A DNA stretch of 64,000 nucleotides from a virus. The notes under the pieces were generated by a model. That model was not told the origin of the DNA. It did no database searches and worked only from the letters and a program-made list of their open reading frames with translations. Below are positions 36,383 through 45,603 of this stretch, piece after piece. The DNA is taken from IMG/VR virus record IMGVR_UViG_3300021963_005690, positions 1 through 64,000 of that record, one strand, 5' to 3'. A program made the position numbers and the translations under genes. Within the stretch, counting starts at the first letter, position 1; each line of letters starts with the position of its first letter.

Positions 36383-36426
36383 AGATAAATGTAGTTATGA
36401 TGTTAACTTGTTACCTAGTCCCCGGG
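36373..36426 (-). promoter_or_regulatory. antiterminator hairpin
   Basis: CCCGGGGACTAGGTAA pairs with TTATCTAACCCCTGGG (14 of 16 incl. two G-U); inner stem AGTTA/TAACT. Confidence 0.7.
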
Positions 36427-36548
36427 CCATGTTCTTGTGAATCATTATTGCCGCGAATACTTGTTGGATATGCTGGTACAAAGGATACACTGGCTAATGA
36501 CAGCCACTGTCCGGTATGTTTCAACATGTTACAAGTTTTATTCATCAT
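36411..36548 (-). CDS. putative attenuator leader peptide (45 aa, all 20 amino acids)
   Basis: MMNKTCNMLKHTGQWLSLASVSFVPAYPTSIRGNNDSQEHGPGTR*; 33 distinct codons; TAAATA box 7 nt upstream. Confidence 0.7.
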   Translation of the reverse strand: MMNKTCNMLKHTGQWLSLASVSFVPAYPTSIRGNNDSQEHGPGTR

Positions 36549-36624
36549 AGTCTTTTATTTAGTCCTGGTTTTAAATTAGTGTAAACAACGGATGTTTTTT
36601 ACACCTTTTCTCAATTCATGCTGA

Positions 36625-36653
36625 AGTATAGCACGGTTTTGAATTAATGTCAA
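36625..36653 (-). promoter_or_regulatory. sigma70 promoter upstream of the leader ORF
   Basis: TTGACA-17 nt-TATACT. Confidence 0.75.
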
Positions 36654-36697
36654 ACTTTCGTTCGCCCATTTTTGCAATTATTTTTTAATACTTATTG

Positions 36698-38203
36698 TTA
36701 AATTTGTCTGTGGGCAAGCTTTTTTGCAATATAGGTTTTTATTATGTATCTTAAATTATTATGAACTTTACCTTCATCGTCTATTACAACCACTGGTTCT
36801 TCCCTCATTTCTGTTATAGGATTTTTATTATCATACAAGCCTTTTATTGATTCATTAAATTTAGTTTGAAGTTCACTTGCTAATTTAGAAGCTGATGAGT
36901 TTGACATATGTTCTGTTTTCCACTGCAAATTTTTGTATAAAATTTTGTTAGTAATTGTATATCCATATTTTTCTGGATTGGATGCAAACTTACTAGAGAA
37001 CATTCTACCTTCTGAATTACGAATTCCCAAAGAACCAACTTTTACATGTTGAGTAAGCGTAGGATTATCAATGAACCATTGAACTGTATCTCTTGCAGTT
37101 TCTTCAGTGTCATGGGGTAGGCCTAATATTAAATTAATTTGAAATTTATTATCGGGAAATCGTTCTCTTAATTGTAATAAAAATGATTTTAATTTGTTGG
37201 GATCAGCTCCTTTACCAACAGCCTTACCACTATCTCGGTTGAAAGTTTCAACACCAAATGTCATTGACCTCCAACCTATTTCAGAAATTAAATCAACTTG
37301 TTCAGTTTTGGATGCAAGCAAATCTAATCTACAATATGCCCAAAATTGAAAATCAATGTTAGTTTCTTCTCTAATTTCTTTAATCATTTGCATTTTTTCA
37401 ATGCTATCGTTAAATGTATCGTCTACAAAAATAAATCTAGTAGATCCATACTGGGTGTACCTATCTACTATATCTCTTTTAATACTTTCTTTATCACGAA
37501 TGTAGGTTCCTAGTTTTTTACCCAGATGGGCAAATTCACAAAAAGCACAATGAAAAATGCAACCTCTACCTATCTCTATAGGAAATACTTCATTGTCACT
37601 TATAAAATCAGTATAATCATAGTTTGTTTCTAGATCGGACAAATCAGTTATCGGGTAATCACGATCACTGTTTACCACTTGCATTCCGTTATATGATTCA
37701 CTAATCAAAGTACCGTTGTTAACCAGATAATTATGTATTGCAATTACAGAGACATCGGAATATCCCATACATACAATATCAAAATCACTTGTCATGTGTC
37801 TAACTAGTTCTGCGTTAGGACCGCCCAATACAAGTTTTTTCTTTCTACTTTTTATATATGAAATTAATTTGTTTTCTCCTTCTACAGAAAAACGAGTGAA
37901 TAATCCTGAACCTTCTATATTTCGTTGTGTTAGATAACTTTGTACACTAAATCCGGGTTGATAGAACTTAGTACTGAATCCAAACCATTCAATGTTTTCA
38001 ATACTATCTAGATATTTAAACAATATATCTAGATCCCAGTGTGATAGGTAATCTATCACTTCTACCTCTAAACCCTGTCTGCGTAATACTGTGGCGATCC
38101 TATAAATCCCAATGGATCTGTTAGGCACGTTAGGACTTTCATTGAATAATATAATCATTTTTTTATTTGTTGTAGTTAAGAATATGTTCCTAAATAATGC
38201 CAT
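36698..38203 (-). CDS. B12-binding-domain radical SAM enzyme
   Basis: GGPN, RGCIFHCAFC, FVDDTFN, GVETF, LGLP.DT; true start may be 38158. Confidence 0.85.
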   Translation of the reverse strand: MALFRNIFLTTTNKKMIILFNESPNVPNRSIGIYRIATVLRRQGLEVEVIDYLSHWDLDILFKYLDSIENIEWFGFSTKFYQPGFSVQSYLTQRNIEGSGLFTRFSVEGENKLISYIKSRKKKLVLGGPNAELVRHMTSDFDIVCMGYSDVSVIAIHNYLVNNGTLISESYNGMQVVNSDRDYPITDLSDLETNYDYTDFISDNEVFPIEIGRGCIFHCAFCEFAHLGKKLGTYIRDKESIKRDIVDRYTQYGSTRFIFVDDTFNDSIEKMQMIKEIREETNIDFQFWAYCRLDLLASKTEQVDLISEIGWRSMTFGVETFNRDSGKAVGKGADPNKLKSFLLQLRERFPDNKFQINLILGLPHDTEETARDTVQWFIDNPTLTQHVKVGSLGIRNSEGRMFSSKFASNPEKYGYTITNKILYKNLQWKTEHMSNSSASKLASELQTKFNESIKGLYDNKNPITEMREEPVVVIDDEGKVHNNLRYIIKTYIAKKLAHRQI

Positions 38204-39336
38204 TTTGTAGCAGTAGGTAAAAACTCTCCATTTTCCATAATACTAGGGATAGAACGGTCTAACATGTTATCGTATGATTTCCAATAATATCTCCATTTTG
38301 CCTTTAGATCAGCAAGCTCAGGTAACGTTTCAATTATTACATCACCCGGTCGCATATCGCTTTTTATACCCCATGAAGGTTTTTCTACTTGAAACTTATT
38401 TTTATCCCATGTTGAGTACAATACTGTACCTGTCAGGTCACAAAATTTTTGCCACTTGGCATGTCCAACTGTATGACCTTGACCAGGCATCTTTTGAATT
38501 ACATATCTTAAATCTTTGTTAATGTCAAAAAATTTAAAAGTTTTGTATGCCATTTCCCATGCTAACTCTGGCATGTCAGGTGACCAATAAAAATACTCAG
38601 TACCATTAGGATTGTGAATTGTAGGACTTGATATAACCATTGGCTTATCTTTAAGATTCATATAGACTTTATCGCCGGATTCTGTTCCTAACGATATTAG
38701 TCTAGGTTTATCGATTCCCCACATTAGAGCTACACTTTTTCCTTTATCTAACATCTCTCGTTCACCTGGATCCACCGCAAAGTTAGCAGACCTAAGCATA
38801 CTACCTAAAAAGTAACCACCCCTAGGATCTATAAACGAATCTTCTTTTAAAGAATTCATAGCAGATTCATCTAACCAATCTAATAATACTATTTTAGTAT
38901 ACGGATGATTTGTTGATACCCATTCAAGCATTGGTTTTATTGTAAAATCCCATTCGCTGTATCGGTTTAATTGTGAAGTATCGTTTTGATTTGGTTTATG
39001 AATATTATTATTTAACGCACTAAAAGGTAGTCTGACTGTTATTTGATCTAACTTAATGTTATTGTTAAGGTAAGTCATCAAAATGTTATGACTATCTGAA
39101 CCACCACTGTAGTTTAGTATAAGATAGTCATACGCATCTCTTAGTTGTAACGCTCGTTGCTTATAGAAAAAATCTAGAGGAAATTTTCCTAAATGTTCTC
39201 TGTTTACCTTTTCAAAGATATCCTCATGATAAAACCAATATATTGGTTGTTTATTTTTTGAGGCTGCAATGTGCGCTAACATACAGCTATAATGTTTTTC
39301 TTCTCCTACTAAGTAATATCCATATTTGGTAAACAT
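38176..39336 (-). CDS. PP-loop (ATP pyrophosphatase-like) protein
   Basis: RA.QLRD.YDYLILNYSGGSDS; GIDKP; EYFYWS. Confidence 0.65.
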   Translation of the reverse strand: MFTKYGYYLVGEEKHYSCMLAHIAASKNKQPIYWFYHEDIFEKVNREHLGKFPLDFFYKQRALQLRDAYDYLILNYSGGSDSHNILMTYLNNNIKLDQITVRLPFSALNNNIHKPNQNDTSQLNRYSEWDFTIKPMLEWVSTNHPYTKIVLLDWLDESAMNSLKEDSFIDPRGGYFLGSMLRSANFAVDPGEREMLDKGKSVALMWGIDKPRLISLGTESGDKVYMNLKDKPMVISSPTIHNPNGTEYFYWSPDMPELAWEMAYKTFKFFDINKDLRYVIQKMPGQGHTVGHAKWQKFCDLTGTVLYSTWDKNKFQVEKPSWGIKSDMRPGDVIIETLPELADLKAKWRYYWKSYDNMLDRSIPSIMENGEFLPTATKWHYLGTYS

Positions 39337-39337
39337 A

Positions 39338-40243
39338 TTAGAGCAAAGATTCTAAAAACATTAATTCTCGTAGGAACTCTTTTTGACCAAACATTGCATC
39401 AGAACTATTTAAGTAAACCTCATTAAATTTTGATTTGTGAGTTTGTATGAACTCTTTAGATATGTCAGTATAAAAATTTATTACATGAGGTGGTGTTCCT
39501 TTTGGAACTACGATCCCTATTAATGCACCAAAATCTTTACCCAATGGATTAATTTTTGAGCTGAACTCAGGTACATTAGTTCCTGAAGCAGTAGTTGCAA
39601 TTGCTACCATTTTTCCTTGTTGAATATAAGTACCAGTTGAAGCCTGTGTTGATATTGCATAGTCAATTATGCCACCTAATAAGTCTCTTGTCACATCACT
39701 ATTGTTTTTGTAGGGTACAACCACTACATCATGATTTAAGGTTTTTGCAAGAGTTTTAGCTAAAATTTCTTGTGTCTCGGTTGAATATGCAATACTAATC
39801 TTCTTTCTAGGTAAAGCTATTAATTGATTGATGGTTTTAACCGAGTTATCAGACCGTGTAACTAAGAACGAAGGTACTTTACCAACTATAGTGATAAGTT
39901 CAAAATCTTTATATGAATGCTTTTTTGACATATATGCGGCCTCATCAGGGTGAACCATCATTCCTAGACCCAATGTCATTAGTAATGAATATCCATTGGG
40001 TTGTTGTTGACTTAAATGTGCTGTTGCTATTTGTCCTTTAGCCCCTTGTTTAACATCAACAAATGCAGTTATACCTTTTGATGATAAAAATCTCTCAAAC
40101 CAAGTTGCAACAAGATGTGTTGTTCCGCCCGGTCCATGGCCACTTATAACTGCAACTGTTTTGTTTTTATCTGGTATCCATTCGGCATGTGCAGAAGTAG
40201 TTATATTTAATAACACGGTTAATAATACAAGTATTTTAATCAT
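39338..40243 (-). CDS. Bug/TctC tripartite tricarboxylate transporter substrate-binding protein
   Basis: signal peptide, PGG, GA.G.I, P.GYSLL, VPYK, DLLGG, PKGTP. Confidence 0.8.
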   Translation of the reverse strand: MIKILVLLTVLLNITTSAHAEWIPDKNKTVAVISGHGPGGTTHLVATWFERFLSSKGITAFVDVKQGAKGQIATAHLSQQQPNGYSLLMTLGLGMMVHPDEAAYMSKKHSYKDFELITIVGKVPSFLVTRSDNSVKTINQLIALPRKKISIAYSTETQEILAKTLAKTLNHDVVVVPYKNNSDVTRDLLGGIIDYAISTQASTGTYIQQGKMVAIATTASGTNVPEFSSKINPLGKDFGALIGIVVPKGTPPHVINFYTDISKEFIQTHKSKFNEVYLNSSDAMFGQKEFLRELMFLESLL

Positions 40244-40272
40244 CTAAGATTCCTTTGTGAGTTAATTATTTA

Positions 40273-40605
40273 GTGATGATAAATACATTATTAATAAAAG
40301 GAATAGCAATGTACAAATATCGTATTGTTACTATAAAAAATGTCAATATTGAATGGTATCCAAAAGATCCTTCGCTGGAAACACATTTAAATGAAACCTA
40401 CATAAATACAGGAATAATGTCATTAGTCACTATTAGTAATGAATCATCTAATAGTACAGATATATTGACCAAAGAAGTGACATTTATAAATGAGGAATCA
40501 TTTGTTAGATATAAAACGGATCCATTAATAGTAGAATATATTGTCGGACGCAATGCGTATGAAGCTAATAATTCAATTGTGAGAATCAAAGAAAATATTG
40601 TTTAA
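40273..40605 (+). CDS. hypothetical protein
   Basis: isolated plus-strand ORF; probable start at MYKY (40309). Confidence 0.5.
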   Translation: MMINTLLIKGIAMYKYRIVTIKNVNIEWYPKDPSLETHLNETYINTGIMSLVTISNESSNSTDILTKEVTFINEESFVRYKTDPLIVEYIVGRNAYEANNSIVRIKENIV

Positions 40606-40619
40606 TATACAAATCAGTG

Positions 40620-41522
40620 TTAATAAGACTTTGCGATGAATGTCTTAACCGTCTCTTCCGCTTTTTGCGGATCACTAGAAACTAATTCAATGTTATCTCT
40701 TTTAAATTCATCCAATGTTGCAGGATCGTTAAGGTATTGATTAATAAAAATAGTCCAAGCTTTTATTACTTCAGTAGTTGTGTCCGGCGGTGTAATCAAA
40801 CAATACCAGTCAAAATCTTCCCATTGAACATAATGTTTTTGCAATAACATTGAATTTGGACTATTTTTTGGCACCGTTGATGAGTTAATAGCAATTATTC
40901 TAATGGTGTCTGTATCTGCATATGTTGATATAATATTATACGGTAGTAATGCAGATGTAATATGACCCCCCAATAAATCTGTTATAACATTTGAACCACC
41001 CTTGTATGCTATATTAATGGGTTCATTTCTTATCTTCATTAATTCAGTTAATTGACTGAAATACATTCTTTGCGCAGGTGCGGCAAATCCAAAACTAAAC
41101 TTTGGATCATTCTTTATTGCATTTTCATAATCGGCTAATGTTTTAATAGGGGATTTAGCATTTACAATCAATGCTATTGGTGCATTTCTAATTCCTATTA
41201 TAGGTTTAATATTATCTGTGTTATTTTTCATTCTATATATAGCGATGTTACCGGTAGTAACTATTCCAACTGTATACCCGTCATTTTTTGACTTAGCTAA
41301 TTCATTCATACCTATCAATCCCTCTGCGCCGGGCCTGTATACAGGAACTAATTTTATATTATGTTTAGTAGCATAGTTCATAATACTTTTGAATGTAGCA
41401 TCTACTCCGCCTCCCGGAGAAAACGGTATAACAACTTTAATTGGTTCTTTTGTTAAGTCAAATGAGTGTGACATTGTAGTTACTAATAACATAGCAACTA
41501 CGATTAATATTTTTTTTATCAT
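40620..41522 (-). CDS. Bug/TctC substrate-binding protein
   Basis: VIPFSPGGGVD, PGAEG.IG, DGYT, YKGG, DLLGGHI. Confidence 0.85.
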   Translation of the reverse strand: MIKKILIVVAMLLVTTMSHSFDLTKEPIKVVIPFSPGGGVDATFKSIMNYATKHNIKLVPVYRPGAEGLIGMNELAKSKNDGYTVGIVTTGNIAIYRMKNNTDNIKPIIGIRNAPIALIVNAKSPIKTLADYENAIKNDPKFSFGFAAPAQRMYFSQLTELMKIRNEPINIAYKGGSNVITDLLGGHITSALLPYNIISTYADTDTIRIIAINSSTVPKNSPNSMLLQKHYVQWEDFDWYCLITPPDTTTEVIKAWTIFINQYLNDPATLDEFKRDNIELVSSDPQKAEETVKTFIAKSY

Positions 41523-42646
41523 ATTAAATTTCCTATTTTAACCCACGGCGATATACAAATACGCTGACAGGTATGATTAAACGTTAATAAGTTTACATCT
41601 ATAGTTGAATACCAACTTGAAAAGTTATAATCCCATCTCTCTTTGTATGATTTAAAATCATTATGGTTTAAGTATATCAAATCTCTAGTACGGCCCATAG
41701 TAGAAAGTTCACTAGTTTTTCCTACTTGAAATTTATAGTCCCATGTATTATAAATTATGGGTATAAAAAAGTTTCTACTTTCATCATGTGTTGCCGATGA
41801 TATTAATCGTTTAACCTCAAATAGTGCTCTATTAGTAGGATCTTTATTTAATTGTTCTAATATAGCTCTAGCCTGTGCATAGAAAATTAAAGGACAATCT
41901 ACTGACCAATAAAATAATTCAGTAGAAGCGTTAGTATCTGATGAATATATCTTATTGGCAACATTAACAGCACCGTCTGTGAAGAATCCAAATAACGTAT
42001 TTTCTTTAATTACAAGATGAGGTTTGTCTATCCCGTAAATGTCTGCTACAGTTTTACCTTTATCTAAACATTTTTGTATTGAATCAGAATATGATGATTG
42101 TCTTAATATTTCAAAAACACCTAAATAATGCCCGGCTCTATCACCTATATCATCATATACCTTTAAGGATTGTGTTTGAAAAATATCATGTATGTTTATT
42201 TTAATATCAGGGTACTCTTTGGCTATCCACTCTAATGTAGGTTTAATTGTGAAGTCCCATTCGCTAAACAGATTTGCGGCTGTCAAATCTGCCTTATTTG
42301 GAGTATATATCTTTTCATCAACTGTAGAACTACGCTGAACATATATTTCATCTAATTTTATGTTATTAGATAGAAATGACATTAAAACATTATGACTGTC
42401 TGCACCGCCACTATAATTTAAAATCAAATAATCATATTTGTCTCTCAACTGGTGTGCTCGTTGTTTATATAGTTCATCCAACGGCGGTATGTATATAGGA
42501 GATTTCCTATAATTTTCATACAAATCAAACCAAATCTCATCATAAAAATACCATTTTAATGGAGATTTACTTTCTGATGCTTTGTATGCCGCTTTGCTTT
42601 TGCTATGAAATATTTCACCGTTAACGGTATAATGTCCAAGTGTCAT
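41519..42646 (-). CDS. PP-loop protein, paralog of 38176-39336
   Basis: YKQRAHQLRDKYDYLILNYSGGADSHN; SEWDFTIKP; GIDKP. Confidence 0.65.
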   Translation of the reverse strand: MTLGHYTVNGEIFHSKSKAAYKASESKSPLKWYFYDEIWFDLYENYRKSPIYIPPLDELYKQRAHQLRDKYDYLILNYSGGADSHNVLMSFLSNNIKLDEIYVQRSSTVDEKIYTPNKADLTAANLFSEWDFTIKPTLEWIAKEYPDIKINIHDIFQTQSLKVYDDIGDRAGHYLGVFEILRQSSYSDSIQKCLDKGKTVADIYGIDKPHLVIKENTLFGFFTDGAVNVANKIYSSDTNASTELFYWSVDCPLIFYAQARAILEQLNKDPTNRALFEVKRLISSATHDESRNFFIPIIYNTWDYKFQVGKTSELSTMGRTRDLIYLNHNDFKSYKERWDYNFSSWYSTIDVNLLTFNHTCQRICISPWVKIGNLI

Positions 42647-43362
42647 GTTAATAAATGATTAATATCTTCAGTGCCATTGATAGATATCATAAAAGTATAT
42701 CTATCATGCTTACTAAAATTAGTTACTGCATGTTTATACCCAGTATTCAAGAAGTATGCATTTCCTGGAGTAAACAATACTGATTCAATATTATTTTTAA
42801 CCCAAAACAAGTTAACACACTCTGGTTCAGCGAATATAGGAATGATAATTCTAACTGCGTAACTAGGGTCATAATCAATATGTGGGGTAATATTATTACC
42901 TGCTTCTAATTTTACTAAACGAATTCTAGTAGGTGTACCTTTAAATTTGCTCAAAACTTTATCAAATATAGTTGCATATTTTTTGTAGATTTCCGTTTTA
43001 TGAACAAATGTTGCTTCATTATGAATACTACTTACGTCGGTACTTAACATCTTTTTTTGACGCATGCCTTTAATCTTACCCTCTTTATGAAAGTCTTTAG
43101 CTATCATTTCTAACTCATCAATAGAGACTTCTTCGTTTGGTAATTCGCTATCGGTTAGACTTATTTGAAAGAAGTTTTTATAAACATCATTAGTTAAATC
43201 ATAATGTACTCCGCATAACTTTTTGTTTACTTTCAGTGCAGACTTGAACTCTGTTTCTAAATTACGTACACAGGTTTGTAGTTCAGAAAGTAAGGTTGAA
43301 TCTAATTTCAAATGTTCTAAAATACTATAGGTTGGTAATAAATGTTTTATTTTTTGTGTCAT
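42643..43362 (-). CDS. Asp/Asn beta-hydroxylase-like 2OG-Fe(II) oxygenase
   Basis: R.RLVKL...ITPHID..R.IIP ... LNTG.KHAV.N...R; start moved to MTQK. Confidence 0.7.
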   Translation of the reverse strand: MTQKIKHLLPTYSILEHLKLDSTLLSELQTCVRNLETEFKSALKVNKKLCGVHYDLTNDVYKNFFQISLTDSELPNEEVSIDELEMIAKDFHKEGKIKGMRQKKMLSTDVSSIHNEATFVHKTEIYKKYATIFDKVLSKFKGTPTRIRLVKLEAGNNITPHIDYDPSYAVRIIIPIFAEPECVNLFWVKNNIESVLFTPGNAYFLNTGYKHAVTNFSKHDRYTFMISINGTEDINHLLT

Positions 43363-43363
43363 T

Positions 43364-44071
43364 TTATTTGACCTTAAGTAACGAATGGAAATGTCCACCC
43401 CAATCAGCCCAGTGTCTAAATGACGGATTAGCAGGTTGGTCGTGATGGTTTTTGTGCCAACCTTCACCTCCGTTTAAGAATCCTAATACTGGTACATTTG
43501 TGGGTCCGTTCTTGTCATGGCAGAATATGTTAATTAAACTTCCACCTAACCACATTAGTACTCCGGGCACTACAAGTAATATCCAATACCATTTCAATGG
43601 TAAAAAGATTAATCCTAATAGGTGAATAGAATACAATACATGAAAATAGTATTTGTGTTGAAACAGATATAATGGTTTTCTTAGCAAGTCAGGAACATAT
43701 TTTACAATATCTTTGTCATTATCTGACATTTGCCAATATGCTCTAAAACGTCCCATAAACTTAGGACTATGTGGGTCTTTTTCTGTGTCACTATATCTAT
43801 GATGTTTTCTATGGACACCTGCCCAAGCTAATGCAGATGAGGTTGCACCTAACCAAGATAACGTTACTAGTATTTTTTCAGCTAACGGATGAATGTCATT
43901 TTTATGTGATACTGTTCTATGGAATAGCATAGTACCACACAACCCAACATATAAAATCTGCGATAGAACAAGTGTGGGTATTGTTATGTACCACGGGTAA
44001 TATAATAACCCTATTACAAATAAAATATGTAAATAAATCTGTGTTATAATGAGTTTTTGTTTGTATGTCAT
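43364..44071 (-). CDS. fatty acid (acyl-CoA delta-9 type) desaturase
   Basis: His boxes HR...H, HRKHH, DPHSP, GEGWHKNHH. Confidence 0.9.
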   Translation of the reverse strand: MTYKQKLIITQIYLHILFVIGLLYYPWYITIPTLVLSQILYVGLCGTMLFHRTVSHKNDIHPLAEKILVTLSWLGATSSALAWAGVHRKHHRYSDTEKDPHSPKFMGRFRAYWQMSDNDKDIVKYVPDLLRKPLYLFQHKYYFHVLYSIHLLGLIFLPLKWYWILLVVPGVLMWLGGSLINIFCHDKNGPTNVPVLGFLNGGEGWHKNHHDQPANPSFRHWADWGGHFHSLLKVK

Positions 44072-44083
44072 GTTACTATTTAT

Positions 44084-44614
44084 TCATAGCTCTAATGTTA
44101 ACAACCATTGTTCTACACCATTAAACATTATAGGTTTGGATGACGCAGTAAAGGTGTGTTCGGGCAATGCCTTAGGTAACATATATTTTTTTGTTAATTC
44201 AAAAAGTTTATAATTGTAATCATTAAATGAAATAATTACACTATGACAACCTAACTCTTTGGCTCTTTCAATTTGGTATTTAGTATTATGAAGGTGTGTA
44301 TATGATTTTACACCTAAACCCTTATGCCTATTATCAGCATCGGAAAAACCACGAAACACCGCCTGATATACTTTATTACCGTTGAACTCTCTGACTATGC
44401 CACCAGTTGCAGTCCAAAATTTCTCATTAACATACAATAATTGATACGTATCAATTGCATCATCCCTTAATAAACTTAACAAGCTCCATGGGTGAGTATA
44501 ATTGTAATTTTCTGGAATCTCTTCTCCAAACTTATCAATCAATGCACGTTTAAGCATGTCAACAAATTTATCTTTATTTTCTTTAGAGAGTGTTATCATT
44601 ACTACTGTGTCCAT
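44084..44614 (-). CDS. hypothetical protein (possible GNAT fold)
   Basis: RHKGLG motif. Confidence 0.45.
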   Translation of the reverse strand: MDTVVMITLSKENKDKFVDMLKRALIDKFGEEIPENYNYTHPWSLLSLLRDDAIDTYQLLYVNEKFWTATGGIVREFNGNKVYQAVFRGFSDADNRHKGLGVKSYTHLHNTKYQIERAKELGCHSVIISFNDYNYKLFELTKKYMLPKALPEHTFTASSKPIMFNGVEQWLLTLEL

Positions 44615-45468
44615 GACAATCTTTCTATCAAATCAAAATACTCATGATTACTTGACCCCCACCATTTATCTTTCCAACTTTTAACTAATTGAATATCGGG
44701 ATGATTGAATATTGGACTTTTTTCTACAACTTCATATCCATGTTGCTTTTGTCGTTGCTCTAATTTAAATTTAACTTGATTATTATAAACATAAACTTTA
44801 CTTGAGTAAGATCCTGTCTTACCTGATATACGATTACTTGCTAATAATAACATTGTAGGGTCAGTAAGGAATGCAAAGTATTGTTCAGAATTATAACTTA
44901 AAAAGAAAGGTGTACCGTGTATATTATTTTTTTTAAAGAAATCAAATTGTCTATATATAGGTTCTATCTCATCTACATACCATTTGCCATTAATGTCTAA
45001 TAGTAAGTGAGGGTCAGAATCACCGGTAATAACTGTTCCTTCTAGTTGAGTAAGTAACCACAAATTGCTAGGCATTTGGTATGCGGCTATTTTATACTCT
45101 GTTGCAATTTTTAAAAATTCACCGGACTCTACAAACTTATCATAATCTAAATCAATAATAATTGGAGTAATGCTATTTTCATCACAATATTTAAATGCAT
45201 ATTGTATATCATGGTGATTATATTGTGTACGCATAATCACAGGAGATATCGGCATACCCAAAGTCCTAAACACAGCTAGTACATATTCGCTATCAAGACC
45301 CCCACTATAACATAAATGAATTTTTCCTTGTTTTTCTGCCCAAATTTTTTCAGCTACTAGTACAGTTTCTTCATAAAAAGATTTAATGGGGCGACTTACC
45401 GAGTTGATGTTTACACACCAACTTGAGCCGGTACCAGACCAAGTTAAATAGCCACTCTGTAAATTCAT
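44602..45468 (-). CDS. PP-loop protein, paralog of 21567-22475
   Basis: LCYSGGLDSE; K.HGYE C-terminal block. Confidence 0.65.
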   Translation of the reverse strand: MNLQSGYLTWSGTGSSWCVNINSVSRPIKSFYEETVLVAEKIWAEKQGKIHLCYSGGLDSEYVLAVFRTLGMPISPVIMRTQYNHHDIQYAFKYCDENSITPIIIDLDYDKFVESGEFLKIATEYKIAAYQMPSNLWLLTQLEGTVITGDSDPHLLLDINGKWYVDEIEPIYRQFDFFKKNNIHGTPFFLSYNSEQYFAFLTDPTMLLLASNRISGKTGSYSSKVYVYNNQVKFKLEQRQKQHGYEVVEKSPIFNHPDIQLVKSWKDKWWGSSNHEYFDLIERLSWTQ

Positions 45469-45474
45469 CAGTTC

Positions 45475-45603
45475 TTAAATAGTTTCGTAATCAGCTTTAA
45501 AACCACCGCACTCTGGGCAAGGAAAGTCTTCTGGCAAATCATCCCATTTACCTTCTGTTTCTTCATCGTGGACATGTCCACAAATTACGCATACATGATC
45601 CAT
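45475..45603 (-). CDS. rubredoxin
   Basis: hand translation MDHVCVICGHVHDEETEGKWDDLPEDFPCPECGGFKADYETI with two CxxCG. Confidence 0.88.
   Translation of the reverse strand: MDHVCVICGHVHDEETEGKWDDLPEDFPCPECGGFKADYETI

Noticed and set aside
36397-36579. Plus-strand 60-aa ORF from the track
   Set aside because: Shadow of the minus-strand leader ORF; promoters, terminator polarity and the array all point to the minus strand.
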